Source: Candidatus Heimdallarchaeota archaeon (GTDB taxonomy: Archaea > Asgardarchaeota > Heimdallarchaeia > Hodarchaeales > Hodarchaeaceae). Taken from it: a stretch of DNA of 64,000 nt. The notes below the pieces were generated by a model. The model did not search any database, was not told the origin of the DNA, and saw only the letters and a list, made by a program, of their open reading frames with translations. The position numbers and the translations under genes were made by a program. The stretch's first letter is position 1, and every line of letters starts with the position of its first letter. Below, one piece after another: positions 31,106-41,980 of this stretch. The DNA is taken from contig CP070695.1 in NCBI GenBank assembly GCA_020353515.1, positions 2,030,064 through 2,094,063 on the forward strand, in the 5' to 3' direction.

Positions 31106-32230
31106 TTACTCAGTTTTTGATTTTAATTTATTTGCCTGTTCACGGAGGAGAGCGATACGAAACGTCAGGAAGTCTAATTGGTGGCTTCCTATTGGTGCTG
31201 GAATTATGGAAGGTAGCTTTTTCAATGTATTTGCTAATATTTCATGACCTACCAGATTTCCACCGTAACAGTCTACTCGGATCTCTTGCAAATAAACTCG
31301 ATAACGCTGGGTTAATACTAAGCATGTGGAGGTGAGAAAGACAAGTATAATCAGAATTAGAAAAATTAAAGAGAATGTGTTAAACGCAAGAATTGGTAAA
31401 TCATTTAAAATCAGAATTAAGGCATTTAACACAATAAAAATTCGGAAAGTTCGAAGAATTCCTTCTGTGCCTAAAATTAGATACGCAGTTCGAATATGAT
31501 GTCTTGCTAGATGTCCTTCTTCGTGACTTAATACAGCTATAAGCTCCTCATCGGTCAGCTTCCAATTAAAATATTGCGAGATCAAACAAATATTCTTCTT
31601 CCACCCAAGGGTCATGACCCCTGCAGAAAGAAACAACGATGCAAGTTCAACATCAGCGAAACGAAATTCGTTAATTAAGTGATTATTTGGATGGTTTTGT
31701 CTAACATGATTAACAATTTCAGTGCTGACTGGTGTTTGAGCAGTTGCCAATAATTTTCTTTTAGAATTGAGTGATAAGATAATGAACATACCTTGATACC
31801 CTAATGAAATGATTAATGCCAATCCTAGATATTGCCATTGAGGTAAATCAATGATTGTAGATCCAAAAAATATCGCGAGTAGAATTCCAAGAAAAACAAC
31901 AGAATAAACCTGGGTTATTAAATGTATAATAACCTCTCTCCAAGAAGGTTGGAAATGGACATGGGCCACTTCAATTGCATGTGATCGGAGCTCTGTATAA
32001 GACTTGTAGAAAAATAAGAGCATAGTGAGAAATAAACCAAGAGATATCACTGTTAAACTTATGTAGAAAAGTAAATCGTTGTTTATCAGGTATCCTAAGC
32101 CAATAACTAAGAGTCCAAAGACTAAAGGGTAAAATAATGCATATATTGCCAGGAGAAGGAAGTCACTTACTGGAAGGGGTACACCTCTCTTGGTATACTG
32201 TTCTACATCCATAAAATCTCGAGGATACAA
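31106..32230 (-). CDS. M48 (HtpX/Ste24-like) membrane zinc metalloprotease
   Basis: Multi-TM protein with LTDEELIAVLSHEEGH and downstream QEIRVD. Confidence 0.85.
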   Translation of the reverse strand: MYPRDFMDVEQYTKRGVPLPVSDFLLLAIYALFYPLVFGLLVIGLGYLINNDLLFYISLTVISLGLFLTMLLFFYKSYTELRSHAIEVAHVHFQPSWREVIIHLITQVYSVVFLGILLAIFFGSTIIDLPQWQYLGLALIISLGYQGMFIILSLNSKRKLLATAQTPVSTEIVNHVRQNHPNNHLINEFRFADVELASLFLSAGVMTLGWKKNICLISQYFNWKLTDEELIAVLSHEEGHLARHHIRTAYLILGTEGILRTFRIFIVLNALILILNDLPILAFNTFSLIFLILIILVFLTSTCLVLTQRYRVYLQEIRVDCYGGNLVGHEILANTLKKLPSIIPAPIGSHQLDFLTFRIALLREQANKLKSKTE

Positions 32231-32383
32231 TCAGAAGTTTCATTTTAAAATGACCTACTCCTTTAATCTTTTTAAGTTCAACTTATCTTCTCTACTAATT
32301 AACAGAATTCTGATAATATTTTAATAGGGAAAATTTCGATTTAGAATAATAAGCAAAGGTTAACTCAAGGAGATAACCTCATA

Positions 32384-33670
32384 GTGAAATTAGGCTCAAT
32401 GCAACCCCCAAAAGAATATAAATTCCTCCAGGAGCAAATTTTTGAGTTTTGGCCATTTAATAAGTTTAAATCTCCAATGAACGTCTTTTTACTACTGATT
32501 CTATATGTTATTTGGGGTATGACGCTTTTTCTCTATTATGACATTCCTATATACTATTTTATTGCGGGTTTTTGTGGAGTATTTGGCCTTTTTTTATGGA
32601 CTATTGGAATCTTCAGTTATGCAGATAATTTAAGGAGTGTACAAGTTGAGAGAATTAATGCTGCTAATAAAAAATTCCTAACAGAGTTTCTCGAAAATTT
32701 ATTTCATCCTTCCTCTTTAGTCGTAAGCGTTCTGGTATTTTCAGTTGTTATTACCTATTATTTTTCCTCTACTACATTTGGTGTTGAGAGTCTTCTTGTG
32801 AAAATTCAACAAGATATGAATCTCAATACATTACCTCCGATATTTCTGCTGTACATATTTTTACTTACATTTGATCTCTGTTATAGATTAGGGTTGTCTC
32901 TTTATGTGATCTTGACACAAATTCGTAGGAATGTCCGATTAGCTGGGTATTTAAAATCTCCTCTTTTAAGGACTTCTTTCTCCCCTGTTGATATTGCTAA
33001 CCTTGAAAAAATGGATTATTATAATTACATGGCAATATGCAGTAGTTTTACTCTCCTTCCTCTCGGAATTATTGATTTATTCTTGTTATATGCCCTTATT
33101 CTATTTATTGTGGTGACTTTTTCTCTTATGTTGGTTAATATTGTTCACTTACGAATTTTATATACTCGATCTTTCCCACAAGGGTTGTTGTCCTTGCTAC
33201 GTTCAGCAAAATTGGCAAGAGTGGCTACAATTTCTACTAATAGATTTCCTCATGTTGTTCCAACATTATTCGTCTTCGATGGTCGAAGTATTTTCATAGC
33301 AACTTCTATTATCAGTCAAAAAGTTAAAAACCTAAAACATAATGCTAATATTGCAATATTTATCGATTCACAGCCAGATGGAGATTTAACAAAGGGGACT
33401 GGTGTCTTAGTTGCTGGTCATGCGAAAATTTATGGATATAACATGTGGATGGGGATTATTTACTATCTAGTAAGAGGATTTAGGATGGTACGACTTCTTA
33501 TGTTATTTAGACGAAAATATCCTCATTACATCTCTCATTATCTAAAAGGACAGAGAGATCTCCCGCGAGCATGGCAAGTGTATCCAATTATCAGTAGAGC
33601 AATAGTTGAAATCATTCCTGATCAACTGTACTTCTGGAAAGCTTCACGGCCTACTTTAGTTAAATTCTAA
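32384..33670 (+). CDS. Membrane protein fused to a PNPOx-like split-barrel (FMN/F420-binding) domain
   Basis: About six TM helices, then LARVATI...PHVVP...KVKNLKHN.NIAIFID. Confidence 0.75.
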   Translation: MKLGSMQPPKEYKFLQEQIFEFWPFNKFKSPMNVFLLLILYVIWGMTLFLYYDIPIYYFIAGFCGVFGLFLWTIGIFSYADNLRSVQVERINAANKKFLTEFLENLFHPSSLVVSVLVFSVVITYYFSSTTFGVESLLVKIQQDMNLNTLPPIFLLYIFLLTFDLCYRLGLSLYVILTQIRRNVRLAGYLKSPLLRTSFSPVDIANLEKMDYYNYMAICSSFTLLPLGIIDLFLLYALILFIVVTFSLMLVNIVHLRILYTRSFPQGLLSLLRSAKLARVATISTNRFPHVVPTLFVFDGRSIFIATSIISQKVKNLKHNANIAIFIDSQPDGDLTKGTGVLVAGHAKIYGYNMWMGIIYYLVRGFRMVRLLMLFRRKYPHYISHYLKGQRDLPRAWQVYPIISRAIVEIIPDQLYFWKASRPTLVKF

Positions 33671-33673
33671 GTT

Positions 33674-34186
33674 GTGGTAACTTTGAAAGTAACATGTGAA
33701 TTAAATGGTCATGTTTGTGAATTACCTGAATTCTTAACTGAATTCTTCATTCATTCATCAATTTTGTATTGTAGTACAATTACAGGAAGCAAAAGTCCTC
33801 ATATACAACCTGCGATATTTATTAATGAACCCGGAAAATGTTCGATAGTCGTTTTGGCAAACAGTAAATCAGTATTGGTAAAGAATCTGTATCAAAATAC
33901 AAAGACATCACTAACGATAGATAAGGTCCATCCTCTTAATCCTTTCTTGAATAAAGGTATCATGATAGAAGCAATATCACATATTACAGACTCTAAGGAT
34001 GCGATTAAAGAAACTTTGAAAGATTTTGAAAGGAAATATTCTTTTGAAGTTGTTACAAAAATACTGGGCATTGATATTGTACGTTATTGTGTCAAAATCA
34101 GAGTATTACCTCTGAAAATTATCTATTGGGAGGGGCCAACATTTCAACGGTTTAGATGTCGAAAACGGAAATCAATCAATGCCTGA
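33674..34186 (+). CDS. PNPOx-like split-barrel protein
   Basis: ST...PHIQP, KNL..N.KTSLTID, GIMIE and IRVLP.KI.YW pattern. Confidence 0.7.
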   Translation: MVTLKVTCELNGHVCELPEFLTEFFIHSSILYCSTITGSKSPHIQPAIFINEPGKCSIVVLANSKSVLVKNLYQNTKTSLTIDKVHPLNPFLNKGIMIEAISHITDSKDAIKETLKDFERKYSFEVVTKILGIDIVRYCVKIRVLPLKIIYWEGPTFQRFRCRKRKSINA

Positions 34187-36002
34187 CTATGACACCATCT
34201 TCCATGATGATTTGTCTCTGTGCATAAGCAGCAATGTCTTCTTCGTGAGTAATCACTACGATAGTGGTCTTTGTCTCTTCGTGGAATTTTTTAAGTAAAT
34301 CCATTACTTGTTTTCCTGTACCTGAATCTAAATCTCCTGTAGGTTCATCTGCAAAGATAACTGCTGGACGATTGGTCAAAGCACGAGCTATGGCGACACG
34401 TTGCATTTGTCCACCACTTAATTGAGCTGGGAACTGCTTTGCTTGCTGATCAATGCCGACGCCACTTAAAAGAGCTTCTATTCGTCTTTTCACTCCTTTT
34501 CTCAACCCTCCAGCTAAGTCAGCTGGTAGAGCAACATTTTCTCGGGTGTTGAAGTGAGGAAGTAATGCATAACTCTGAAATATGAATCCCATCTCCCTTA
34601 AGCGTAATTCTGACTTTTCTGAGTCTCTCATTCGATGGAGATCTTTTCCCCTAAAATATACCACACCATGATCAGGGGAGTCAAGACTTGCCATACAATT
34701 TAACAATGTGGTTTTTCCTGCTCCTGAACTCCCAACTATAGCTACAAATTCTCCTTCCTTTATATCAAGATTCACTCCTCTTATCGCATAAACTGTTGTA
34801 CGACCTAGATTATAATTCTTGAAAAGTCCTCTCACAGCAATGATGACATTCTCATCAATTTGCACTGATTCAGTATCTGTTCCATTGATTAATTGAGTAT
34901 TAAAGCTGAAAAACGGTAGATCTGAACCAAAGTAATCTGACCATATCTTTAACATCTCTGCTTCTACAAATAGATCAATGCTTAATTCACTTATTGATGT
35001 TAATGCGCTTTTGAAATCCTTGACTGATTCTGTTGTTTCAACTCCATTAACTCCTTCATCTAGGTAATCACGAATACACAACTGACACCGTTGAATCAAG
35101 GTACCGACTTCATGGAGCTTTGATTTTCCTTCTTGAATTTCCTCTGAAATTCTAGTTATTGCTTCATTAAAGTCAAGAAAATCACTTTTCAGATCATATT
35201 GAGTCAAAGACATTCGAGGGACGTCAAACAAATTAAAAATTCGATAAATTAAATTCTCTAACGCTTGTAATGCGCTCAATTTTGCCGTTAATATACGTAG
35301 AAAAAGTTCAAACTTAGATTGGAGTTTCAAATTACTAGTTTTATAGTGTTGCTTTGAAATTTCATGTTCTAACCGCTGAAGAATGGCATTCATTTCGTCT
35401 AGGCGTTGAATAGTGGGTGTTACAAAGGTTACAAAGAAATTCGCTATAAGCATCTGATCAACTATATCCCCAATATTGATTGGAACTTCCGTCGTCTTCC
35501 CAGTGAATACTGGAAAATCAAAACCAGACAAGTAAAATCGATATTCTTGGAGTTCTTCAATATCCCAGAGAGTAATGAAGCTCTTGGTGCTTAGTTCACA
35601 AAAAATCCTGGGTAAATCAGTATTTATTTTCTTTAATTGTGTGTCGAGTTTTTTCGGTAAGCTCGAATCAATTTCCTTGATGAAATTCTTCACAATTTGA
35701 GAGGTTTCTCGTAATTCTTGATTTTCTCTCAGATAGCTCTTAAATCGTGCTTCATTGCTTTTATTATATTTAACAAATCGCTTGTAAATGGATCCTTTTT
35801 CAACTTTCTCAACTAATTTGGAGCTAAAAGTACCATTTTTCTTTTCAGCAGACACAAAAATGAAACTATTTAATTCTTGACTTGTTATAGCATCCCCACG
35901 AGCGTGTAGAATCTTCCTGAGATCTGAGGCGATGTTTACACGTAATTCATTATTGATAGACCTTAAGGGTTTGTCTATTAAAGCTGCAGTGTACACTTTC
36001 AT
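34176..36002 (-). CDS. ABC ATPase (LolD-like) with ~380-aa N-terminal helical extension
   Basis: C-terminal [22 protein letters not shown] and ITHE motifs; N-terminal region not recognised. Confidence 0.85.
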   Translation of the reverse strand: MKVYTAALIDKPLRSINNELRVNIASDLRKILHARGDAITSQELNSFIFVSAEKKNGTFSSKLVEKVEKGSIYKRFVKYNKSNEARFKSYLRENQELRETSQIVKNFIKEIDSSLPKKLDTQLKKINTDLPRIFCELSTKSFITLWDIEELQEYRFYLSGFDFPVFTGKTTEVPINIGDIVDQMLIANFFVTFVTPTIQRLDEMNAILQRLEHEISKQHYKTSNLKLQSKFELFLRILTAKLSALQALENLIYRIFNLFDVPRMSLTQYDLKSDFLDFNEAITRISEEIQEGKSKLHEVGTLIQRCQLCIRDYLDEGVNGVETTESVKDFKSALTSISELSIDLFVEAEMLKIWSDYFGSDLPFFSFNTQLINGTDTESVQIDENVIIAVRGLFKNYNLGRTTVYAIRGVNLDIKEGEFVAIVGSSGAGKTTLLNCMASLDSPDHGVVYFRGKDLHRMRDSEKSELRLREMGFIFQSYALLPHFNTRENVALPADLAGGLRKGVKRRIEALLSGVGIDQQAKQFPAQLSGGQMQRVAIARALTNRPAVIFADEPTGDLDSGTGKQVMDLLKKFHEETKTTIVVITHEEDIAAYAQRQIIMEDGVIVRH

Positions 36003-36004
36003 GA

Positions 36005-36766
36005 TTAATCCTCCGAGAAAGGTCCGTGTTCGACATGTGATATTTTCCCATCAATCATATGAACGATATAATCACATTTTTCGGCAATCCAGCGATTGTG
36101 AGTAACGAGAACGAATGTTTGACTATTAATTTTGTTAATACGTCGGAAAAGGGCCATAACTTCTGCACTAGTGGTGGAATCAAGATCACCAGTAGGTTCA
36201 TCTCCTAATATTATAGCTGGGTCATTGATTAATGCTCTAGCTACAGCTACGCGCTGCTGTTGGCCTCCTGAGAGTTCTAGAGGATCATGGTAAAGTCTAT
36301 CCCCCATTCCAAGGTCTCGTAAAAGCATTTTAGCTTGTTCTCTAGCAACAGCTGAATTTAGTCCTTTCAAGAGTAATGGGGTTTCCACATTCTCAACAGC
36401 AGTAAGAAATGTAAATAAATTAAAAAGCTGGAAAATGAAACCAATATTGTCTCTTCGAAATGCTGTCATTTCACCGTCGGAGAGCTTATTTGTATCAATA
36501 TTATTGATAATGATTTCCCCACCAGAATTCTTATCTAGATGTCCAATCATATTTAACAATGTAGTCTTACCACATCCAGAGGGGCCCATAATGGCCAGCA
36601 TTGCGCCTCTTTTGACATCGAGATCAATTCCTCTGAGGGCATGGACTTCATTTGACTTACCCTCATTGTATTTCTTATGCAATCCTCTTATCTGGAGAAT
36701 GGGCTGTGTTTCATCATAAATATGGAACTTAATTCCATCAATAATTATATCTTCAACATATGACAT
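36005..36766 (-). CDS. ABC transporter ATP-binding protein (LolD-like)
   Basis: [22 protein letters not shown] and VTHN motifs. Confidence 0.95.
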   Translation of the reverse strand: MSYVEDIIIDGIKFHIYDETQPILQIRGLHKKYNEGKSNEVHALRGIDLDVKRGAMLAIMGPSGCGKTTLLNMIGHLDKNSGGEIIINNIDTNKLSDGEMTAFRRDNIGFIFQLFNLFTFLTAVENVETPLLLKGLNSAVAREQAKMLLRDLGMGDRLYHDPLELSGGQQQRVAVARALINDPAIILGDEPTGDLDSTTSAEVMALFRRINKINSQTFVLVTHNRWIAEKCDYIVHMIDGKISHVEHGPFSED

Positions 36767-36781
36767 CTGGTTGCCTCCAAA

Positions 36782-39700
36782 TCATCCTACATATCGTAAT
36801 GCTTCCGCTGCGGGAATTCTAGATGCGACCCATCCTGGGATCGCTCCCGCAAGTAAACCAATAAAAGTAATAAGAGATAAATAGAACCCAATGGTACCCC
36901 ACGGGATTACTACTGGGACATTGAGCATATTAGCAAAACCTACATTAATAAAAAGTCCATTTACAACACCTATAAAGAGGCCAATGATTCCAAGGACTAG
37001 TAGTTCCAAAAGGGCTGCTAACATCACTTGTAATCTTGGGAAGCCGATTGCTCGCATCATCCCAATTTCTCTCTTCCTTTCTGCGACGTTTCTAACCGAT
37101 ATTACAGCCATACCGACCGCTCCTATAACTAGGCCGAAATTCACATAAATCTGCAGGAAATTTGTCATCTGTTCCATCATTTCGAGTTCTGCTTCTAGTT
37201 TGGAATAGAGGGATGTAGCGGTTACTACGATGAATTCATCATTGATTAATTTCCGATATCCCGATTTCTCGGTATTAGTAAATTCTTCGATCTTTCTCGC
37301 AATTTCCTCTATTGCTGGATCGTCAATTGCATAGTCAGTTTTAATTAGAAAAGCATCAAATTGATCAGGAGCCCTCGAAATTGGCGTCACCCCATCTGCT
37401 TCCCCAAAGAAATTTGAATATTGTGAAAATCGCTCTGGAATATAGAGATTTCCTAGTTGACTTCCGAAACCATCACTTGAGAACCCACCTGCAAAACCAG
37501 AAGATGAGAGAGGAAATCCTCCAGCTCGATTACTATCAAGTTTCCCACCAATGGTGAATGGTTGATAAATTGGGAACCCAAAATTTGAGGTGTTCATCGG
37601 TATCCAGATTTGCATCCCAATCGGTAGAATGAATGAATCTGTGAATACTATCGGATTTGTCAAATTGAGTGTTTCGATTTCATCCAAATCTTGTGAGAAA
37701 AGTTGACTCATACGACTGAAATCGAGATCAGATATTGTCTCTAAATCAAATGTTATGTTATAAACTGACATTTTGTAAGCTGGATCAAAGAAAACATCCC
37801 AAGCTTCCTTAGATAGGTCTAGAAGCTCCTCATCAGTATATTCGGCACCACCACCAAATCCCATACCAGATGAAATCATTCCAGGAGGTCTTACACCATC
37901 AGGAAATCCTGTCAGATAGAAATCATATCGCCAATCATCCTCTGAAGCATTTTTTGCGTCTCCTCGTATTTGTTCAGGTCGTAATTCACCAAAACCAATA
38001 GGAAGAAGATGAGATTGGGGATTATACTCTGGTGAAAAAGGATCCTTTGTTGCAACAAACTTAGTATAGTCAGTAGTGGTAGTAAAAGTCTTCATCCCAA
38101 TTATATCAGTTATACTAGAATCTAATTCATATAATTCTTCACTATAAGAGGTGTCTTCGAGAACTGTTTCAGGTTTACTTAATGTGACGATTAGATCAAT
38201 TCCGCGTGAATCGTCTTCAGATTGTCCTACTGAACTTTCAATGTTTGTTGCCACCAAAGACGCCACGGTAACGTTCAGTGTTAAAACCACTGCAAAAATC
38301 GCAAATGTGAGTGTTGAACGTGTCTTATGAGATGAAATGAGGGCAGGAGCGACTTGTGCTACTCCTTTCAGACCGCTGATCTTAATCAAAGATCCTCTGA
38401 GAAAACGCATCAGTGGCGAAAGATTCATCCCCACTAACAAAACAGATCCTACTACTATTTCAACAATGCTGATGATTAAGATATCCAATGCCTCACCAGA
38501 CATGTCACTAATCCATCCTTCACCCATAGCTACGACAAACATAAAGACTGGAATCAACCAAAGGACGATAGCACTAAGGTTGAATGCTTTCGTTCGACTA
38601 ATATATCGTGATAGTATAATCCCAAGCCCTGAAAACAGAAAACCAGCTCCTAGAAGGATGTTTTCCCATTCTTCAATGTTATCCCAGCCAGTAGTTTCCC
38701 AGATATATTGTAATTCTTCATTGAAGAAGCCATTATTTAAAAGAAAAATCGCTCCTATAAAAACTAGCAGAATTCCCACTATAACCAGATTTCGACTTGA
38801 CTTCTCCTGAAACATAATCTTTATCCCTCGTAGGGCCTCTACTATGTTTACACGAGAAGCTCTTAGTGCAGGAAGCAATCCTGTAATTATCCCAAGAATC
38901 ACCCCCACCATTACTGAGAAAATCATTACATTCTGCTGAACTATAGGTTGTACACTTGCTCTCCCAGATCCAAACAGACTAACAAGATAAAGAGCAACTG
39001 TTTGTCCAAAGAGTAATCCTCCAAAAAGGCCTAGTAAACCACCGATAATTCCTTGAAATAGCGTTTCTACTAGCATAGAGTAAAAAATACCCCTCCTTTT
39101 CTCCCCAACAGCCCTCAGTACTCCTGTTTGGAATTCTCGATCCTCGACAGACATCAATTGTACATTGGTTATAAGAAGGACACCTGTGATGATGATCAGA
39201 AGACCTAATACATTAAGAAATGCTGACATCATATTAAAAATCAAATCAATTATTCCGATATATTGTAAACGTGCCGAATCTATTGCATAAACAGAGGTTA
39301 TTTTTCCCTCGATCATTTTTTCAGGTAAAACTTCTTCAAAATCGTCAAATTGTTCTTGAAGAAAATCTTCCTTGATTGGTGTTTCAAAATGGTTGGATTT
39401 GAAAGTTATAAGGTAAGCACTAATGATATCCTTTTTACGGAAAATATCATTCAGACTTACCCAATCTTGTAATCCTTCCATGGAAAAGAGGATACCTCGA
39501 TACGAGGCACCTATTCCTGGCCGTCTAGAATCAAATATTCCAGCGATTGAGAGGTTAATCCTTTCAGTTGCAAATACAGGAATAAAAATGGGAAAGCCTG
39601 TAGTTGTATTGATAACGGGAAAACCAGTGGTTAAATTTATCATCATTGTGAGTGTTATGTTTGTAAATTCAGTCCTCAAATCCACAGGTAGCTCTGTACT

Positions 39701-40186
39701 TTTGTTAAGTCCTAAATCCTCGGCGAGATGACTCGAGAGCAGGATACTAGTATTATCTACCAGGATTTCATCAATTTCTAATATCGCATCTTCAGATTGC
39801 CAATCGTAAAAAGACCCAAATTCAGAGGGAAAATCAAGAGGAATTCCTGCCATTTCAACCACTGGTTCGAATTGAGAACCCACCATTGCTGGCCCATATG
39901 AGGTTAATTCTGACATGATGGCTAATTCGTTTTCTACAAGTGATGAAATGTTTTCTTCGTCTGCTGCTGTTAGATAACTTCCCGTAGCGTTCGTAACACG
40001 GATATCTACCTCACCTTCAGTCACTAGGAGGCTGGTAAGGAAAGCATTCTCCAACGTATCTGTAGTGATTTGAATACCTACCATTAAAGTAACACCTAAT
40101 GTGATTGCAAGAATCGCACTTAGATTCTTTGTTTTTCTGCGAACCAATGCTCTCTTAGCGATTTTTAGACTAGCTCTTAATCCCAT
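36782..40186 (-). CDS. Large FtsX/MacB-type ABC permease
   Basis: DREFQTGVLRAVG and ERKREIGMMRAIG FtsX motifs, two large extracytoplasmic domains, ALRY terminus. Confidence 0.9.
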   Translation of the reverse strand: MGLRASLKIAKRALVRRKTKNLSAILAITLGVTLMVGIQITTDTLENAFLTSLLVTEGEVDIRVTNATGSYLTAADEENISSLVENELAIMSELTSYGPAMVGSQFEPVVEMAGIPLDFPSEFGSFYDWQSEDAILEIDEILVDNTSILLSSHLAEDLGLNKSTELPVDLRTEFTNITLTMMINLTTGFPVINTTTGFPIFIPVFATERINLSIAGIFDSRRPGIGASYRGILFSMEGLQDWVSLNDIFRKKDIISAYLITFKSNHFETPIKEDFLQEQFDDFEEVLPEKMIEGKITSVYAIDSARLQYIGIIDLIFNMMSAFLNVLGLLIIITGVLLITNVQLMSVEDREFQTGVLRAVGEKRRGIFYSMLVETLFQGIIGGLLGLFGGLLFGQTVALYLVSLFGSGRASVQPIVQQNVMIFSVMVGVILGIITGLLPALRASRVNIVEALRGIKIMFQEKSSRNLVIVGILLVFIGAIFLLNNGFFNEELQYIWETTGWDNIEEWENILLGAGFLFSGLGIILSRYISRTKAFNLSAIVLWLIPVFMFVVAMGEGWISDMSGEALDILIISIVEIVVGSVLLVGMNLSPLMRFLRGSLIKISGLKGVAQVAPALISSHKTRSTLTFAIFAVVLTLNVTVASLVATNIESSVGQSEDDSRGIDLIVTLSKPETVLEDTSYSEELYELDSSITDIIGMKTFTTTTDYTKFVATKDPFSPEYNPQSHLLPIGFGELRPEQIRGDAKNASEDDWRYDFYLTGFPDGVRPPGMISSGMGFGGGAEYTDEELLDLSKEAWDVFFDPAYKMSVYNITFDLETISDLDFSRMSQLFSQDLDEIETLNLTNPIVFTDSFILPIGMQIWIPMNTSNFGFPIYQPFTIGGKLDSNRAGGFPLSSSGFAGGFSSDGFGSQLGNLYIPERFSQYSNFFGEADGVTPISRAPDQFDAFLIKTDYAIDDPAIEEIARKIEEFTNTEKSGYRKLINDEFIVVTATSLYSKLEAELEMMEQMTNFLQIYVNFGLVIGAVGMAVISVRNVAERKREIGMMRAIGFPRLQVMLAALLELLVLGIIGLFIGVVNGLFINVGFANMLNVPVVIPWGTIGFYLSLITFIGLLAGAIPGWVASRIPAAEALRYVG

Positions 40187-40209
40187 ATTAACACCTATTT
40201 AACGTAAAA

Positions 40210-40884
40210 TCATTTTTGATGAACTACTTTTGTACCTGCAACGAAATCTAACACTCTTTGTTTCCTACCCCGAGTTTTTTCTGATAATATTCCCAATAGA
40301 AAATCAAATGGTAAAAATGAGGCTAAAAAAGGGACCTTTGTCGTATTTCGAATCAATGATTGTGTCCAAGTAATATTAATTCCTGACTCATCTACAACTA
40401 TCAAACCCAATAATTTCTTTCCAAGGGTTGTAGAAAATGTTCTTTCTGCAATAATGAAATAGACTAAAATAAATATTACCATTGGAATTCCTACAAACAG
40501 AAACCCAAAGGGAATTCTCATTTCATACCATCTTATTTCATCAATATGAAAGTCTACTAAGATAAGCTGAAAGATAAAGAAAATCGCGTAAACCCCAAAT
40601 AATGATGCCATGTCGATAATGAATGCAATAAATCGAGTTCCCCAGCTGGCAGATCTTGTACCCCAATTTTGAGCGATACTTAGATTCTTTGCTACATCAA
40701 TTGGTGAACCGAAAACGACTGATGGTGGACGCTTTTCTGTCCCCATCGCATCTTGAACATCTCTTTTCAGTTCTTCGAGTACAGGAGTCTTGAGTGTCTC
40801 TGGATATGGAAGTAAAGAACTAATTTCTCTAATATAACCATCTATAGGGTCTAATACTTGTTGTCTAGACACTTTCTTATGCAT
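40210..40884 (-). CDS. HAAS-like domain + RDD family membrane protein
   Basis: N-terminal YI.EI...L...V..EL...FGSP..VA (HAAS-like), then RDD motifs RFIAFIID, TLGKKLLGL and QRVLD. Confidence 0.82.
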   Translation of the reverse strand: MHKKVSRQQVLDPIDGYIREISSLLPYPETLKTPVLEELKRDVQDAMGTEKRPPSVVFGSPIDVAKNLSIAQNWGTRSASWGTRFIAFIIDMASLFGVYAIFFIFQLILVDFHIDEIRWYEMRIPFGFLFVGIPMVIFILVYFIIAERTFSTTLGKKLLGLIVVDESGINITWTQSLIRNTTKVPFLASFLPFDFLLGILSEKTRGRKQRVLDFVAGTKVVHQK

Positions 40885-41230
40885 CTCCTTTACTCTTATT
40901 GGTTAATTCAAGCATTATTTCGTTAAATTCTTTTATGGATTTTTCCAGCTGCTTCAGGAATTCTTTTCCAGCCTCAGTTAGCGTGTAGAACTTTCGTTCA
41001 TTTTTATCTAGTTGACTGACTATTAATTTATCCTCCTCAAGTTTTGCAAGCATTGGATAGATATTGGATCCTGCGATAGAGATTTCTCCATTTGTTAACT
41101 CCAAGATCTTTTTTGTAAGAAGGAAGGCATAACTTCTTCCAATTTCAGCAAGAGTAAAAAGAATAAGAGGTTTAGAAAATCCCTTCTTGTATTCTGTTTG
41201 CCATTTTTGAAGGAGGAGATCGTCTGACAA
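40877..41230 (-). CDS. PadR family transcriptional regulator
   Basis: GSNIYPMLAKLE..LI and RKFYTLTEAG motifs; overlaps the HAAS-RDD start. Confidence 0.92.
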   Translation of the reverse strand: MSDDLLLQKWQTEYKKGFSKPLILFTLAEIGRSYAFLLTKKILELTNGEISIAGSNIYPMLAKLEEDKLIVSQLDKNERKFYTLTEAGKEFLKQLEKSIKEFNEIMLELTNKSKGDA

Positions 41231-41231
41231 C

Positions 41232-41286
41232 TATATTCAACTCTATCTATAGCTGAATATATAAGTCAATATATAGGTTACTATAT
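41232..41286. promoter_or_regulatory. Candidate PadR operator inverted repeats
   Basis: TATATTCA (41232-39)/TGAATATA (41254-61) and ATATAG-N4-CTATAT (41271-86), directly upstream of padR. Confidence 0.4.
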
Positions 41287-41585
41287 CGGTGTTCGTATCT
41301 TTCCTCCTTCCCATTTTTAGGTGAATTTTTGATGCTTCTTTGAAAGCAAATCCTGCTTATAAGCAGGGGAAGGTATTCAACTTGATCTTAAAAAGTGTTC
41401 TATTACGGAAATAGTAATTATTTTGGATCAACCACAGGAATATCGATGATTAATCTGATTTACTTCGAGGATCAATTTTTTGCATTAAGCTCAAAGCAGA
41501 TTGGTAGGTATATTTACACACTTTAGTCCATTGGTCTCGTAAGTGAGGGATATTGTGAAGGACTTGTACTACATTAAATTGACTC

Positions 41586-41915
41586 CTAATTCTGGACTAT
41601 AGCCTTTTCACGGAATAAATCTATACTAATTATTTGAATGGTTTTAAGCACATAGAAACCAAATCCAAACAGTATAATTCCTATCGTGGCTATAATGCAT
41701 CCTGATATTATAAACAGGAAAAAAATATGGGAAGGTTCAGTTATCCGTTCACCTAAGACTGATATACGATAAGTATTTGGAGAGAAAAATGTTAACCACG
41801 AAAATCCTGTAAGGGCGACTCCACTTACCAGAAAATAGAGTGCTACTATTCCCCATAGTATAACCATACTAAACATCTGAATTATCAACAAATAAGAAAG
41901 TATTTTCTTTAACAT
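41586..41915 (-). CDS. Small hypothetical membrane protein (2 TM)
   Basis: ATG start and two long hydrophobic segments. Confidence 0.6.
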   Translation of the reverse strand: MLKKILSYLLIIQMFSMVILWGIVALYFLVSGVALTGFSWLTFFSPNTYRISVLGERITEPSHIFFLFIISGCIIATIGIILFGFGFYVLKTIQIISIDLFREKAIVQN

Positions 41916-41980
41916 ACTCTTTCCTTCGATTTTTTGTCTTTGAAGTAAGTACCTTTTTGAATATTCTGCTAAAAGTTTGA

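Noticed and set aside
39585-39650. Short duplicated peptide INLTTGFPV/INTTTGFPI in the FtsX permease
   Set aside because: Only two degenerate copies in a loop, with no evidence of a functional repeat system
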